A stretch of 64,000 nucleotides of DNA from Flavobacteriales bacterium (GCA_965660305.1 CBFHZD010000010.1:5591-69590); one strand, 5' to 3'. Positions 42,704 through 54,066 are shown, counted from the first letter of the stretch. Program-made: numbers and translations. The notes: generated by a model not told the origin, from the sequence alone.

Positions 42704-43300
42704 ATGGAGTTTGATTTAACACAAGTATTGTCTGTAACATTAATTCTTTTTGGGGTAATCGATATCATTGGTTCTATCCCTATTGTATTGGATATCAAAA
42801 ACAAAGGGATTACCATTGAATCTGGAAAGGCGACTCTGGTTGCAGGAGCTATTATGATTTTATTCCTGTTTTTTGGAGACAATGTCTTGGGACTTTTTGG
42901 AGTAGATATTCGTTCGTTTGCCGTTGCGGGTTCTTTAATTTTATTCTTTCTTGGAATTGAAATGGTTTTGGGAGTTACTTTATTCAAAGAAACAGAAGGT
43001 TCAAATTCTGGTTCTATAGTTCCCATTGCATTCCCCATTATTGCAGGTGCTGGAACAATGACAACTATCATTTCTTTAAGAGCTGAATATTTACCAAGCA
43101 GTATTTTAATTGGAATCTTAATCAACGTGGTGATCATCTACGCGATTCTAAAAAGTTCTAATTTCATAGGTCGTAAAATAGGAAAAAGTGGACTGGCGGT
43201 ATTTCGGAAAGTATTTGGAATTATATTATTGTCCATTGCCATCAAACTATTTACAGAAAACATCACTACTTTAATTTCTATCACAAATGATTCTATATAA
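42704..43300 (+). CDS. MarC-family (UPF0056) integral membrane protein
   Basis: About 6 TM helices. The N-terminal LFGVIDIIGSIPIVL resembles the MarC signature. I prefer this over the antisense ORF 42676..43137. Confidence 0.8.
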   Translation: MEFDLTQVLSVTLILFGVIDIIGSIPIVLDIKNKGITIESGKATLVAGAIMILFLFFGDNVLGLFGVDIRSFAVAGSLILFFLGIEMVLGVTLFKETEGSNSGSIVPIAFPIIAGAGTMTTIISLRAEYLPSSILIGILINVVIIYAILKSSNFIGRKIGKSGLAVFRKVFGIILLSIAIKLFTENITTLISITNDSI

Positions 43301-43595
43301 CGTTACAGTAAGCATTGACGAATCCATCGAAAAAGAATGGCTGTCTTGGATGAAAGAAATACACATCCCGGAAGTAATGAACACAGGCTGTTTCGAGGAA
43401 AACAAACTATGTAGAATCTTAGCCGAAGAAGAAGGTGGCAAGGCTTATTCTATTCAATATTTTGCACCAGACATGGCGACTTACATCAAATATCAAACGG
43501 AGTTTGCTGCTGATTTACAAAAAGAACATTCTGCAAAATACGCTGGAAAATTCGCTGCCTTTAGAACCATTTTAGAAGTAGTACACAGCTCATAA
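43287..43595 (+). CDS. DUF4286-like protein
   Basis: MILYNVTVSIDESIEKEWLSWMKEIHIPEVM matches my recollection of DUF4286. It overlaps the upstream gene by 14 nt. Confidence 0.6.
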   Translation: MILYNVTVSIDESIEKEWLSWMKEIHIPEVMNTGCFEENKLCRILAEEEGGKAYSIQYFAPDMATYIKYQTEFAADLQKEHSAKYAGKFAAFRTILEVVHSS

Positions 43596-43613
43596 AACAT
43601 TCAATTAAATGAT

Positions 43614-43661
43614 AAAAAAAATCCTGAAACACTTTTAAAAAAGCGTCTCAGGATTTTTTTT
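43614..43661. terminator. Bidirectional terminator between the DUF4286 gene and glyA
   Basis: Arms atcctgaaac / gtctcaggat (9 of 10 bases pair), flanked by A7 on one side and T7-8 on the other. Confidence 0.65.
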
Positions 43662-43683
43662 ATTGTGTAAGAATTAAGGAGAA

Positions 43684-44958
43684 TTAATAACCAAACAATG
43701 GTCTTCCTCCCATTAGGGTATTAACCTTCGCTTTAATTCCAGTAATTTTTTCTTCGTTATCTCTATTCATAAGAACATCGTCAATCAATTCTACTATTTT
43801 AGACATATCTGCTTCTTTCATTCCTCTAGTTGTAATTGCTGGTGTTCCAATTCTTATTCCTGAGGTAACAAACGGAGATTTATCATCAAAAGGAACCATG
43901 TTTTTGTTGACAGTAATGTCAGCTTTTACCAAAGTGTTTTCAGCCTCTTTCCCTGTAATGTCTTTACTTCTTAGGTCGATAAGCATAGAATGATTATCCG
44001 TTCCTCCCGAAATAATTTGATATCCTTTTTCTACAAATGCCGAAGCCATTGCCTGTGCATTTTTTATCATTTGCTTTCCATACTCCTTAAATTCAGGTTG
44101 TAAAGCTTCTCCAAAAGCAACAGCTTTGGCGGCAATAACATGCTCCAATGGACCTCCTTGAGTTCCAGGAAAAACTCCTGAATCTAATAAAGAAGACATT
44201 TTTCGCACTACTCCTTTTGGAGTTTTAATTCCAAATGGATTCTCAAAATCTTTACCCATCATGATCACACCTCCTCTAGGTCCTCTCAATGTTTTATGGG
44301 TTGTAGTAGTCACGATGTGACAATGCGGAAGTGGATTATTCAACAATCCCGAAGCAATTAATCCTGATGGATGTGAAACATCCGCCAATAGCAACGCTCC
44401 AATAGAATCTGCTATAGCTCTTAATCGAGCGTAATCCCAATCTCTAGAATATGAAGAAGCTCCACAAATGATAAGTTTGGGTTGCTCAGCTTTTGCTGTA
44501 GCCTCTACCTTGTCATAATCAATCCTTCCTGTATCTTTCTCTACCCCATAAAAAGATGGAGTATATAATTTTCCAGAAAAATTAACTGGCGAACCATGAG
44601 TAAGATGTCCTCCATGCGACAAATCAAAACCCAGTATTTTGTCACCTGGATTCAAAATTGCTAACATAACTGCGGCATTTGCTTGAGCTCCTGAATGAGG
44701 CTGAACATTAGCCCATTCTGCACCAAATAACTCTTTTAGCCTATCGATTGCAAGTTGCTCCACTTTATCCACCACTTCACAACCCCCGTAATATCTTTTT
44801 CCAGGTAAACCTTCAGCATATTTGTTGGTAAGAACCGAACCCATAGCTTGCATAACTTGCTCACTCACAAAGTTTTCAGAAGCAATTAACTCGATACCGT
44901 TTAATTGTCTATGTTTTTCTTCTTCTATTAGATTAAATATTACAGTGTCTTTGCTCAT
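43684..44958 (-). CDS. glyA: Serine hydroxymethyltransferase
   Basis: [15 protein letters not shown] (PLP-Lys motif), 424 aa. Confidence 0.97.
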   Translation of the reverse strand: MSKDTVIFNLIEEEKHRQLNGIELIASENFVSEQVMQAMGSVLTNKYAEGLPGKRYYGGCEVVDKVEQLAIDRLKELFGAEWANVQPHSGAQANAAVMLAILNPGDKILGFDLSHGGHLTHGSPVNFSGKLYTPSFYGVEKDTGRIDYDKVEATAKAEQPKLIICGASSYSRDWDYARLRAIADSIGALLLADVSHPSGLIASGLLNNPLPHCHIVTTTTHKTLRGPRGGVIMMGKDFENPFGIKTPKGVVRKMSSLLDSGVFPGTQGGPLEHVIAAKAVAFGEALQPEFKEYGKQMIKNAQAMASAFVEKGYQIISGGTDNHSMLIDLRSKDITGKEAENTLVKADITVNKNMVPFDDKSPFVTSGIRIGTPAITTRGMKEADMSKIVELIDDVLMNRDNEEKITGIKAKVNTLMGGRPLFGY

Positions 44959-45132
44959 TGTTATTTTTTTTGTTTGATAAAATTAAAAGAAAAACTAGTG
45001 ATATGAAACATATTTGAGCGAATAAAACAAAAATAATTAAGATTTTGTTGTGCCCATGTTCTGAACCTTAATATTATATGTAACTTTGAGAGATTTACAA
45101 TCTATAACCTCTGTTAACGACATTGTATTTTA

Positions 45133-47433
45133 ATGAAAAAACATTTACTCATAGCCTTACTTTTACTTTTCTATTTTGTATCAAAATCGCAAAAAGTTGG
45201 ATTAGTATTAAGCGGTGGTGGTGCATCTGGAATGGCACACATTGGAGTTCTTATGGCGCTCGAAGAAAATGGCATCCCTATTGATTACATCACTGGAACC
45301 TCTGCTGGCGCATTAATTGGAGGATTGTATTCTATTGGTTACACACCAAAACAAATAATGAAAATGGCTTCTTCGGAAGAATATTTCTCTGTTGCAAATG
45401 GCGAAATTGATAAAAAATACACTTATTTTTTTAAACAAAGTTCTCAAAATGCAGAAATTGTTAATTTTAGTTTTGACAAAAACTTCAATCTAACTTCAAC
45501 CCTACCTCTCAATTTTACAGATCCCGCCCTTATTGATTTTTTTATGTTGGAACAATTTTCAGAAGCTTCAAAAATCAGTGGTTACAACTTCGACAGTCTT
45601 TTTATACCATTTAGATGTGTGGCTGCGGATATTGATGCAAATGAGGAGGTGATTTTTAAAAACGGTAATTTGTCACAAGCCATCAGAGCATCTATGACAT
45701 TTCCCTTTTACATTCCGCCTCTGCGCATAGAGAATAAAATTTTAGTTGATGGTGGACTTTACAACAACTTCCCTGCAGATGTGATGATTGAAGATTTTTT
45801 ACCGGAGGTAATCATAGGTAGTTCCGTTACAACTCCCAGAGATAAACCTCAAGAATATAATTTGCTATCACAAATTACCGGAATGATTCAAACTAAATCG
45901 AACTTTGAAATAAACTGCGATAAAAATTTAATCATTAGGCCTGAGGTTGAAGACATAGGAACCTTTGAATTTGAAAAAACTAAAGTTGCTATACTGAAGG
46001 GATACCAAGAAACTATTGAAAAAATGGATTCTATTAAAAAAATGATTCCAGCACGCAGTGATAGTGACAAACTTAAATTAAAAAGGCAAAAACTTTTTGC
46101 TGCTCGAGCAGCTCAAATTAGTATTTCAAACATAGAAATTGAAGGAATAAATAAAAGAGAGGAGCAATATATCATTAGTACTCTCAAGGATAAAAACAAA
46201 GACATTTCACTTTCTGAATTGCGTCCACGCTTTTTTAGATTAATAACAGATGATAAAATTGAGTTCATGTTCCCGAGCCTAACTATTAACTCTGGAGATT
46301 CAACTTACACCTTAAAATTAAGAGTAAAGAAAACTCCAGATTTTGATGTTAGAGTTGGAGGAAGTTTCACCTCCAAATCCAGCAATATTGGATATTTAGG
46401 TCTGGACTATAAGTACATTAATAAATACTTATCTTTAACCGCCTCTAGTAATTTATATTTCGGTAGGTTTTATAATTCTCTTGATATTGCACCGCGTATA
46501 GATTTTCCGCTAGACCTTCCGTTTTACATTGAACCCTATCTCACTTACAACCGTTGGGATTTTTACCGTAGCTTTTCTACATTTTTTGAAGATACCAAAC
46601 CATCATTTTTGATAAAAAACGAGACATTTGCTGGTGCGAGTATCGGATTTCCAATTGATAATAAAGGAAAATTAGTGGCTAGTTTTAAAAATGGATTATT
46701 TCAAAACGAATATTATCAAACAGACCAATTTTTATCGATTGATACGGCAGATATAACTGAATTCTTTGTTAATAAGTATGATTTAGAATATGAGTTCAAC
46801 TCACTAGATAACTTTTATTACTCCAAGAAAGGAAGCCGCTTAAAATTAAAAGCGGGATATGTAGATGGCATTGAAATAAATCGAGCAGGATCTACTTCGT
46901 TGCTCAGAAATGATACAATAAATAGAATCGAACATGACTGGTTTCAATTTTCTATTAATTACGAGCAGTATTTCAATTTAACCAAAAAATATTCCTTAGG
47001 AATAGAGCTAGAGGGAGTTCATTCTTTGCAAGATTTTTTCAATAATTATACAGCAAGTGTTTTATTTGCTCCTCAGTTTAGTCCTATTCCTGAAACTCAA
47101 ACTCAGTTTATTCCGGAATTTGCAGCGCACACCTATGGAGCAGTTGGGTTGAAACAGATTTTTAGTCTTTACAAATCAATCGATGTAAGAATAGAAGGAT
47201 ATGCTTTCCTCCCCTATTCTAACATCATTGACAATAACAAAATGGCCGGATTTTCTCCCAACAGAGAGGCAACAAAAAGAAACTACATTGTATCGAGTAT
47301 TCTTGTTTTCAATAGCCCCTTAGGACCAATTAGTCTCACGGCTAATTACATGGACCACCGACAAGAAAAATGGTCATTTCTTTTCAACTTCAACTTTTTG
47401 GTATTCAACAGAAAAGGACTTGATCCCTTATAG
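45133..47433 (+). CDS. Patatin-like phospholipase with a C-terminal beta-barrel-like region
   Basis: GLVLSGGGASGMAHIG (oxyanion GGGxxG), GTSAGA (GxSxG), DGG. A long C-terminal Y/F/N-rich part looks beta-barrel-like. Confidence 0.85.
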   Translation: MKKHLLIALLLLFYFVSKSQKVGLVLSGGGASGMAHIGVLMALEENGIPIDYITGTSAGALIGGLYSIGYTPKQIMKMASSEEYFSVANGEIDKKYTYFFKQSSQNAEIVNFSFDKNFNLTSTLPLNFTDPALIDFFMLEQFSEASKISGYNFDSLFIPFRCVAADIDANEEVIFKNGNLSQAIRASMTFPFYIPPLRIENKILVDGGLYNNFPADVMIEDFLPEVIIGSSVTTPRDKPQEYNLLSQITGMIQTKSNFEINCDKNLIIRPEVEDIGTFEFEKTKVAILKGYQETIEKMDSIKKMIPARSDSDKLKLKRQKLFAARAAQISISNIEIEGINKREEQYIISTLKDKNKDISLSELRPRFFRLITDDKIEFMFPSLTINSGDSTYTLKLRVKKTPDFDVRVGGSFTSKSSNIGYLGLDYKYINKYLSLTASSNLYFGRFYNSLDIAPRIDFPLDLPFYIEPYLTYNRWDFYRSFSTFFEDTKPSFLIKNETFAGASIGFPIDNKGKLVASFKNGLFQNEYYQTDQFLSIDTADITEFFVNKYDLEYEFNSLDNFYYSKKGSRLKLKAGYVDGIEINRAGSTSLLRNDTINRIEHDWFQFSINYEQYFNLTKKYSLGIELEGVHSLQDFFNNYTASVLFAPQFSPIPETQTQFIPEFAAHTYGAVGLKQIFSLYKSIDVRIEGYAFLPYSNIIDNNKMAGFSPNREATKRNYIVSSILVFNSPLGPISLTANYMDHRQEKWSFLFNFNFLVFNRKGLDPL

Positions 47434-47434
47434 T

Positions 47435-48892
47435 TTACCTTCTTTTAAAAATTGTAATAAAGTAAAACCCGCCTCCCAATACTCTAAACTCATTTGTAGG
47501 TCTGAATGTTACTAATTTTTCGAAGTAGCGATTGGTATCCAAAGATTCAAATGAAATACCACCTTCATTAGGTGAAGTTTGTCCGTCCCAAACTATCAAA
47601 TCTCCTGATTTTAATTCATCTTGAGGTTTGTCTCTTCTATGGATGTTTGTTTTTAGAAATGAATTCTCCTCCTTTTTGGGGTTCACTCCATAGTGAAGTA
47701 AATAATCAGTTTTGTACACTACCACATTCTCATTTCCCCTCGGGTAACCTTGAGCATCCAACCAGTGGATTGATTCATAAATAAGTTCATTCATTTCATT
47801 TGGTTGAGATAGAATAAGACTTTCTTTACCTTTAAATGTATTCAGTATCATCCACGAAGACAATAAAATAGTAATCAATAATTGGACTGGTTTTGAGTAA
47901 GAACCAAGCAGAATTTTCGCCATAACTTTACTCAGAACTACAGCAGAAAAAACTGCAATCAAAGGGATAACTCCTCCAACAATCCTGGCCAATCCTACAG
48001 AAGCACTCCAACCTTTGTACCACAAATAAGAATGACCAAATATGTATATGGCTGCAGGAACGGCAACTAAATACACCAAAACGAGGGATGAAGATTGAAA
48101 CGATTTTTTGAAATGTATGACAGACCAAACAACCAAAACAATAAAACTAAATACGATAAGTATTGAAAAAGGAAGTCCCGTGATAGACTCATGATGTATA
48201 AACCAATTCCAAAACGGACCTGTTCCATAAAAACTTACAATAGCGCTGTAAGGATAATCGTAATAATACCACAAAAATCCCTTTCCAAGAATAAGCCCCA
48301 AAATTCCGTAAACTAAAAACCCTGACAGCAAAAGCGGCAGTTTTTTCCATTGATTTTTGAGAATTAAAGCGAATGCATATAACGGTAAAAACAAGATACC
48401 TTCCGAACGAGAAAATATGATGAAAGAAATAACAACTGTCGCTATTCCATATTTCTTTTTTGAGAATAAAAAAGCCGAAAAAACAGCAACAAACCCAAAA
48501 AGTGGTTCGGTAAGACACGATTGCGCGAAGGGATAATAAACAGGTGCAAACAAAATAAGAATAGGAACCAAAAAACTGAAATTTGCACCCAAATTTTGGG
48601 CTAATTTGGCACCAATAAGCCCCGACAATAACATAATAAGAACATTAAAAATCATAACTCCTCTTTCACCAAACAAAGAAAATAAAGAGGAAAGTGCAAT
48701 AAACAAAGGCTTTCCCCAATGATCCAAAGCCATTTTGGGATTGGTAAAAATGGACTCTACAATAAAATAGTGATTCACTGACTCTGAATCAGCGTAATGC
48801 TTTGTAGCATATAGGGCAACATACAGCAATAAAAAAGCCGAGATACCCAATATTACTTGGGTAATTCGGCTATCTAATTTTTTAAAAGTCAT
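47435..48892 (-). CDS. Polytopic membrane protein, possibly a GT-C-fold glycosyltransferase
   Basis: About 10-12 TM helices followed by a soluble C-terminal domain. The family call is only from overall architecture. Confidence 0.4.
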   Translation of the reverse strand: MTFKKLDSRITQVILGISAFLLLYVALYATKHYADSESVNHYFIVESIFTNPKMALDHWGKPLFIALSSLFSLFGERGVMIFNVLIMLLSGLIGAKLAQNLGANFSFLVPILILFAPVYYPFAQSCLTEPLFGFVAVFSAFLFSKKKYGIATVVISFIIFSRSEGILFLPLYAFALILKNQWKKLPLLLSGFLVYGILGLILGKGFLWYYYDYPYSAIVSFYGTGPFWNWFIHHESITGLPFSILIVFSFIVLVVWSVIHFKKSFQSSSLVLVYLVAVPAAIYIFGHSYLWYKGWSASVGLARIVGGVIPLIAVFSAVVLSKVMAKILLGSYSKPVQLLITILLSSWMILNTFKGKESLILSQPNEMNELIYESIHWLDAQGYPRGNENVVVYKTDYLLHYGVNPKKEENSFLKTNIHRRDKPQDELKSGDLIVWDGQTSPNEGGISFESLDTNRYFEKLVTFRPTNEFRVLGGGFYFITIFKRR

Positions 48893-48921
48893 TGGTAAAA
48901 TTAATGAAAAACCTGAACTTC

Positions 48922-49251
48922 TTATCCGACTGGCGCAAGTTTTACAACGAGATTATTTAGTTCAGGTGTAAGGTGTAACTGACAACCTAACCTGCTCTTT
49001 TCATCATCAACAAAAAACGCTTCATCTAACATATCCTCTTCATCATCAGATTTTTCTGGAAGTATGGTGTCGGATTCTACATACATGTGGCAAGATGCAC
49101 ACATAGCCATACCTCCACAAGTTCCTTCCACTGGCAGTTCATAAGACTTACAAACTTCCATCATGTTCATGTTCATATCAGTAGGAGCTTCAAGTTCATG
49201 AACAACTCCTTCCCTGTCAATTACAGTCACTTTTATTAAGTTATCTTCCAT
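48922..49251 (-). CDS. 2Fe-2S ferredoxin (adrenodoxin/putidaredoxin type)
   Basis: EGTCGGMAMCASCHMYV ... LGCQL, the Cys pattern of vertebrate-type ferredoxins. 109 aa. Confidence 0.9.
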   Translation of the reverse strand: MEDNLIKVTVIDREGVVHELEAPTDMNMNMMEVCKSYELPVEGTCGGMAMCASCHMYVESDTILPEKSDDEEDMLDEAFFVDDEKSRLGCQLHLTPELNNLVVKLAPVG

Positions 49252-49267
49252 TGTTAAGCGCTTTTTT

Positions 49268-50275
49268 TTAAAATCCGTTCACTCCGTTTACAGTTGTATA
49301 TTTCAATACATTTTTCTTGTCGGGATGAATTCTTGCAAACGCTGACTGCACCATCAAGGTAGCTTCATGGAAACCACACAAAATAAGTTTTAATTTACCT
49401 GGGTATGTATTCACATCACCTATCGCGTAAATTCCTTCTCTGTTTGTGCTGTAATCAAACGTATCTACCTCTATCGAATTTTTAGAGATATTTAAACCCC
49501 AATCTGCAATAGGTCCAAGCTTTGGAGACAATCCAAATAATGGAATCCAATGATCGGTTGACAACCTCATTTCTCCCTGAGTTTTGTGCTTTACAACAAC
49601 TTCATTCAATGAGTCATTTCCATTTACATCAATGACTTCGGCCTCAGTGATTAGGTTTAGTTGACCTTTCTCAGCCATGTCCATTACTTTTTGAACAGAA
49701 TCTAAATGACCTCTAAACGAGTTTCTTCTGTGAACAAGTGCCACACTTTTTGCTACACCGTTTGCCAAAAAATAAGCCCAGTCTAGTGCTGAGTCTCCGC
49801 CACCAGAGATGACAACATCTTTTCCTCTGTAAAACTCTGGATCCTTTATGATATATTCGATTCCTTTATCTTCAAATTTTGAAAGATTTTCGATTGGTGG
49901 TTTTCTGGGTTCAAACACACCCAAACCACCGGCAATAGCAACGATTGGAGCTTTGTGTTTTGTACCTCTGTTTGTGGTTACAATAAAAGATCCATCATCC
50001 TGTTTATCTATCTCAACTGCCGATTCTCCTAAAGTAAATCCAGGATTAAATGGTTTGATTTGTTCCATGAGCCTATCCGTAAGGTCACCAGCCATTATTT
50101 CTGGGTAAGCAGGAATATCATAAATCGGTTTTTTTGGGTATATCTCAGAACACTGACCTCCAGCTTGTGGAAGTGAATCAATTAGGTGACATTTTAATTT
50201 TAATAATCCTGCTTCAAAAACAGTGAATAAGCCCGTAGGACCTGCTCCGATTATTAGGATATCTGTTTCTATCAT
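49268..50275 (-). CDS. Thioredoxin-reductase-like ferredoxin-NADP+ reductase
   Basis: DILIIGAGPTGL (FAD GxGxxG), ISGGGDSALDWA (NADPH), GDV..YPGKLKLI. There is no CxxC redox pair. 335 aa. Confidence 0.85.
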   Translation of the reverse strand: MIETDILIIGAGPTGLFTVFEAGLLKLKCHLIDSLPQAGGQCSEIYPKKPIYDIPAYPEIMAGDLTDRLMEQIKPFNPGFTLGESAVEIDKQDDGSFIVTTNRGTKHKAPIVAIAGGLGVFEPRKPPIENLSKFEDKGIEYIIKDPEFYRGKDVVISGGGDSALDWAYFLANGVAKSVALVHRRNSFRGHLDSVQKVMDMAEKGQLNLITEAEVIDVNGNDSLNEVVVKHKTQGEMRLSTDHWIPLFGLSPKLGPIADWGLNISKNSIEVDTFDYSTNREGIYAIGDVNTYPGKLKLILCGFHEATLMVQSAFARIHPDKKNVLKYTTVNGVNGF

Positions 50276-50430
50276 AACGTAAGTTTCAAATTGAGAACGA
50301 AATTAATGAAACAAACCCTAATATGTTAGATTTTCAATGAATGATTTAAACAAGCAATAGTTAACTGTTAAGCAGATATAGTTTTTACCTTGATTTTTTA
50401 TAAAATTCACCTTTTTTTTAACAATTAGTG

Positions 50431-50438
50431 TAATTTGC
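50431..50438 (+). promoter_or_regulatory. Candidate -7 box (TAATTTGC) for the S8 peptidase gene
   Basis: TAnnTTTG-like motif about 50 nt upstream of the ATG at 50488. Confidence 0.3.
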
Positions 50439-50487
50439 AATTTGTGTGATTAAGCCTTAAATTAGTGAAATTATTTAAAAATTAAAT

Positions 50488-53400
50488 ATGAAAAAAATAT
50501 ACCTCGCGTTCATAAGCATATTGTTTGTTAGCACTTTATTGTCGCAAAGCACCGTTTCAAATATCAAAGTAGATAAAAAAAATGGTACGCAATACTATCC
50601 CTTAAATATTGATCAATTTATTTCTTCCAAATCAAATCGACCAATTATTGAGGGACGTTATTACAGATTTGTTCAGTTTTCTAAAATTCCAAGTCAAGAG
50701 CAAAAAGAGGAAATGCTTGCACTGGGACTTCGTTTTCAGGAATACATCCCAATGAACACTTACCTCGTTTCGTTTCCTGAAAATTTCAGAAAAAGTGTAT
50801 TGAAAAATTTTGGAGTAACCAGTGTAATGGTAATTTCCAATGCAGATAGAATAACAGAATTAGCAATGAGCACTCCATATCCAGAGTGGGCAATTGAAGA
50901 GGATGAGGTGGTTTTGTACCTTAGTTTTTATCAGGATTTGAATTTTCAGAAGCAAATCGAAAAACTAACACCTTTTGTAAGTCGAATTAAATCAAAAAAC
51001 GAATTTGTTAAAAAGACGTTAGTCGTGGTAGATAAAAACAAAGTCACTTCCCTGTTAAATCATAAAGGAATTAGATTGATTGACTTAACCCCTGAGCCGG
51101 GTAAACCAGAGCACGACCTTTCCAGAAACATGCATCGTTCCACTTCCATTAACACCCGATACAGAGGTGGCAGAAAATATGATGGATCCGGAGTAGTTGT
51201 GGCAGTGAATGATGACGGAATTGTAGGTCCGCACATTGATTTTACTGGAAGAATGACTCAGCCTGGTGTAACAGCAGATTTAGGAAGTCACGGAGATATG
51301 GTTGCAGGAATCGTAGGTGGTGCCGGAAACGTAGATCCCACCATGAAAGGAATGGCAACGGGTGCAGATATTATTATAAGGCAGTATTCCTCCTCCCTAC
51401 CAAATACTGTAAATGTTCACACGAATGATTCAGCTGTAATTTTTTCATCCTCTTACTCCAATGGGTGTAATGCAGGTTATACTTCCCTTGCAAGAACAGT
51501 GGATCGCGAGATTAGATTAAATCCAACCTTAATTCAGGTTTTTTCTGCAGGTAATTCAAACAATAACAATTGTGGGTACGGTGCCGGAACACAGTGGGGA
51601 AACATCACAGGTGGCCATAAACAAGCCAAAAATGTAATCGCTACCGCCAATCTTGAGTCTGGTACAAATCTGGCAACCTCGAGTAGTAGAGGCCCTGCGG
51701 ATGATGGGAGAATAAAACCGGATATTGCTGCTCATGGGAATGGAAATTATTCAACGGATCCAAATAACACTTATGCTTATGGTAGTGGTACTTCTGCTGC
51801 GGCTCCGGGAATTTCAGGTGTATTAGCTCAAATGTATCAGGCTTATGAAGCCAAGTCAGGTGTGAGACCAGAATCTGGATTAATGAAAGCAATTATACTG
51901 AACTCTGCAGATGACTTTGGTAATGTTGGACCAGATTTTAGATATGGTTTTGGTAGAGTGAATGCGTTAAGAGCTATTCGTGCAATTGAACAAACTAGGT
52001 ATTTTAGTTCTACTCTAATTACCGGAAACACCAATACACATAATATTACTGTACCCGCTAATGTTGCGGAAGTAAAAGTCATGGTTTATTGGCATGATTA
52101 CGAAGCCAGTACGTCAGCTAACAAAGCCTTGGTAAATGACTTGAATGCAAAACTAGAACTTGGTACTTCAACTTACCTACCTTGGGTTCTGAATTCAAAT
52201 CCAAACGCAACAACCCTAAATAGTCCCGCCACCAAAGGTGTAGATTCTTTGAATAACGTGGAACAGATTTCAATCAATAATCCTGTTGCGGGAACCTATT
52301 CACTAGAAGTGGATGGATTCTCCATTCCGCAAGGGCCTCAAAAATACTTTGTAACTTATGAATTTATTTATGACGAAGTGGAATTAATAAATCCTAACGG
52401 AGGAGAAGGATTTGTGCCAGGTGTTACAGAACGTCTATTTTGGGACTCTTATGGCACTTCGGGTAACTTTGCATTGAGTTACTCAATTGACAGCGGAGTG
52501 AATTGGACGAGTATTGGAACTTCAGCAGGAACTGCCACCTATCGAGATTGGGCGGTGCCAAACGTTGTTTCTGGAAAAGCAATGGTGAGAATAATTCGCG
52601 GAACTCGTGGTGACACTTCTGATCATACTTTTTCTATCATTCGTATTCCAAGTAACCTCAGAGTGACAAAGGTTTGTCCTACTTACATGGAGGTGAGTTG
52701 GAACGTAGTAACAGGAGCTGATGAATATGAAGTTTACCTTCTTGGTAACAAATACATGGACTCAGTTGGCCGAACAAGTTCCACAACTTTTCAAATTCCG
52801 ATTACAGACCCTAATGCCGGGCATTGGTTTTCTGTAGCAGCTGTAAAATCTAACTCACAAAACAATGTAGGAAGAAGAGCTGACGCGCAATTCTATGCCG
52901 GTGGATTATTAAATTGCGTATTGCCTCTTGATGGTGGGATCTCAGAAATGATATCACCTGCCGCAAGTGGCTGTTCAAGCGGTTTGTCGAGTATTACAGT
53001 GAGAGCAAATAATTTTGGTGCAACAACCATATCCAATTTCCCAGTGAAATACAGAATAAATGGAGGGACGATACAAAGCGGTACCGTATCAGCATCACTC
53101 ACTACAGGAAATAACACGTCTTACACTTTCCCTGTTCAATTTAACTTCAGTACTCCTGGTGCTTATTTAGTTGAAGCTTGGACAGAAATATCTGGAGATG
53201 TTTATACACTTAATGATACAACTTCAATTACCTACAACTACACTCCTACCCAATCGGCTCCTTTTAATGAAAATTTCAATTCATTTACAAATTGCTCAAA
53301 TGTAAGCGATTGCGAGGATGTTTCATGTAATCTAAGAAATGGATTTTCAAATTTACCAAACAGAGACGGTGACGATATAGATTGGAGAACAAACAGCGGA

Positions 53401-54066
53401 AGCACTCCTTCAAACGGAACAGGACCTTCGGGAGATCATACCTCAGGTTTTGCAAAATATTTATACTTAGAAGCCTCTGGAACAGACTGCACCGGAAAAA
53501 CGGGTGTACTACTCTCTCCTTGTATTGATTTAGGGAATTCAATCAGTACACCGTTCCTATCGTTTTGGTACCACATGTTTGGGGGTAACTCTATGGATAC
53601 ATTAAGAGTAGATGTATACGATGGAACAAATTGGTATTTAGATGAATTTAAAGTAGGCGGAAACCAAGGAAATCAATGGAAAAAAGGACTTGTTGATTTA
53701 ACCCGTTTCCAAGGTGATGTAATTAAACTGAGGTTTACTGGCAGAACTGGTGGGTTATGGGATACGGATATCGCCTTGGATGATATCAATATTTCAGATC
53801 ATACATCGATTGATGAACAAGAACTTAACTCAGCCATTTCGGTATACCCAAATCCTAATAATGGAGAGTTTTACTTAACCATTGATAATGCAAAAATATC
53901 TCAAGTAAATGTTATGGTTCATGACCTATATGGAAGGCTAGTTTACACAAACACCTTTAGCAACAAGTCTAATAGAATAAAGTTAACCGATGTTGCCGCA
54001 GGTGTATATTCTGTAAAAGTAACGAACGAAAATCAGACAGTATTGAAGAAGATTATTATCAATTAA
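50488..54066 (+). CDS. Secreted subtilisin-family (S8) peptidase with a MAM domain and a T9SS type-A C-terminal sorting domain
   Basis: Catalytic triad context VAVNDDG / HGDMVAGIV / GSGTSAAAPGISG. MAM-like block DWRTNSGSTPSNGTGPSGDH...YLYLEASG...ALDDINI. CTD SVYPNPNNGEFYL...GVYSVKV. Confidence 0.9.
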   Translation: MKKIYLAFISILFVSTLLSQSTVSNIKVDKKNGTQYYPLNIDQFISSKSNRPIIEGRYYRFVQFSKIPSQEQKEEMLALGLRFQEYIPMNTYLVSFPENFRKSVLKNFGVTSVMVISNADRITELAMSTPYPEWAIEEDEVVLYLSFYQDLNFQKQIEKLTPFVSRIKSKNEFVKKTLVVVDKNKVTSLLNHKGIRLIDLTPEPGKPEHDLSRNMHRSTSINTRYRGGRKYDGSGVVVAVNDDGIVGPHIDFTGRMTQPGVTADLGSHGDMVAGIVGGAGNVDPTMKGMATGADIIIRQYSSSLPNTVNVHTNDSAVIFSSSYSNGCNAGYTSLARTVDREIRLNPTLIQVFSAGNSNNNNCGYGAGTQWGNITGGHKQAKNVIATANLESGTNLATSSSRGPADDGRIKPDIAAHGNGNYSTDPNNTYAYGSGTSAAAPGISGVLAQMYQAYEAKSGVRPESGLMKAIILNSADDFGNVGPDFRYGFGRVNALRAIRAIEQTRYFSSTLITGNTNTHNITVPANVAEVKVMVYWHDYEASTSANKALVNDLNAKLELGTSTYLPWVLNSNPNATTLNSPATKGVDSLNNVEQISINNPVAGTYSLEVDGFSIPQGPQKYFVTYEFIYDEVELINPNGGEGFVPGVTERLFWDSYGTSGNFALSYSIDSGVNWTSIGTSAGTATYRDWAVPNVVSGKAMVRIIRGTRGDTSDHTFSIIRIPSNLRVTKVCPTYMEVSWNVVTGADEYEVYLLGNKYMDSVGRTSSTTFQIPITDPNAGHWFSVAAVKSNSQNNVGRRADAQFYAGGLLNCVLPLDGGISEMISPAASGCSSGLSSITVRANNFGATTISNFPVKYRINGGTIQSGTVSASLTTGNNTSYTFPVQFNFSTPGAYLVEAWTEISGDVYTLNDTTSITYNYTPTQSAPFNENFNSFTNCSNVSDCEDVSCNLRNGFSNLPNRDGDDIDWRTNSGSTPSNGTGPSGDHTSGFAKYLYLEASGTDCTGKTGVLLSPCIDLGNSISTPFLSFWYHMFGGNSMDTLRVDVYDGTNWYLDEFKVGGNQGNQWKKGLVDLTRFQGDVIKLRFTGRTGGLWDTDIALDDINISDHTSIDEQELNSAISVYPNPNNGEFYLTIDNAKISQVNVMVHDLYGRLVYTNTFSNKSNRIKLTDVAAGVYSVKVTNENQTVLKKIIIN

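Noticed and set aside
42676-43137. 153-aa minus-strand ORF overlapping the MarC-family gene
   Set aside because: The plus-strand product has the MarC-like N-terminal motif and a regular 6-TM pattern and continues into an operon with the DUF4286 gene. The minus ORF is its antisense shadow.
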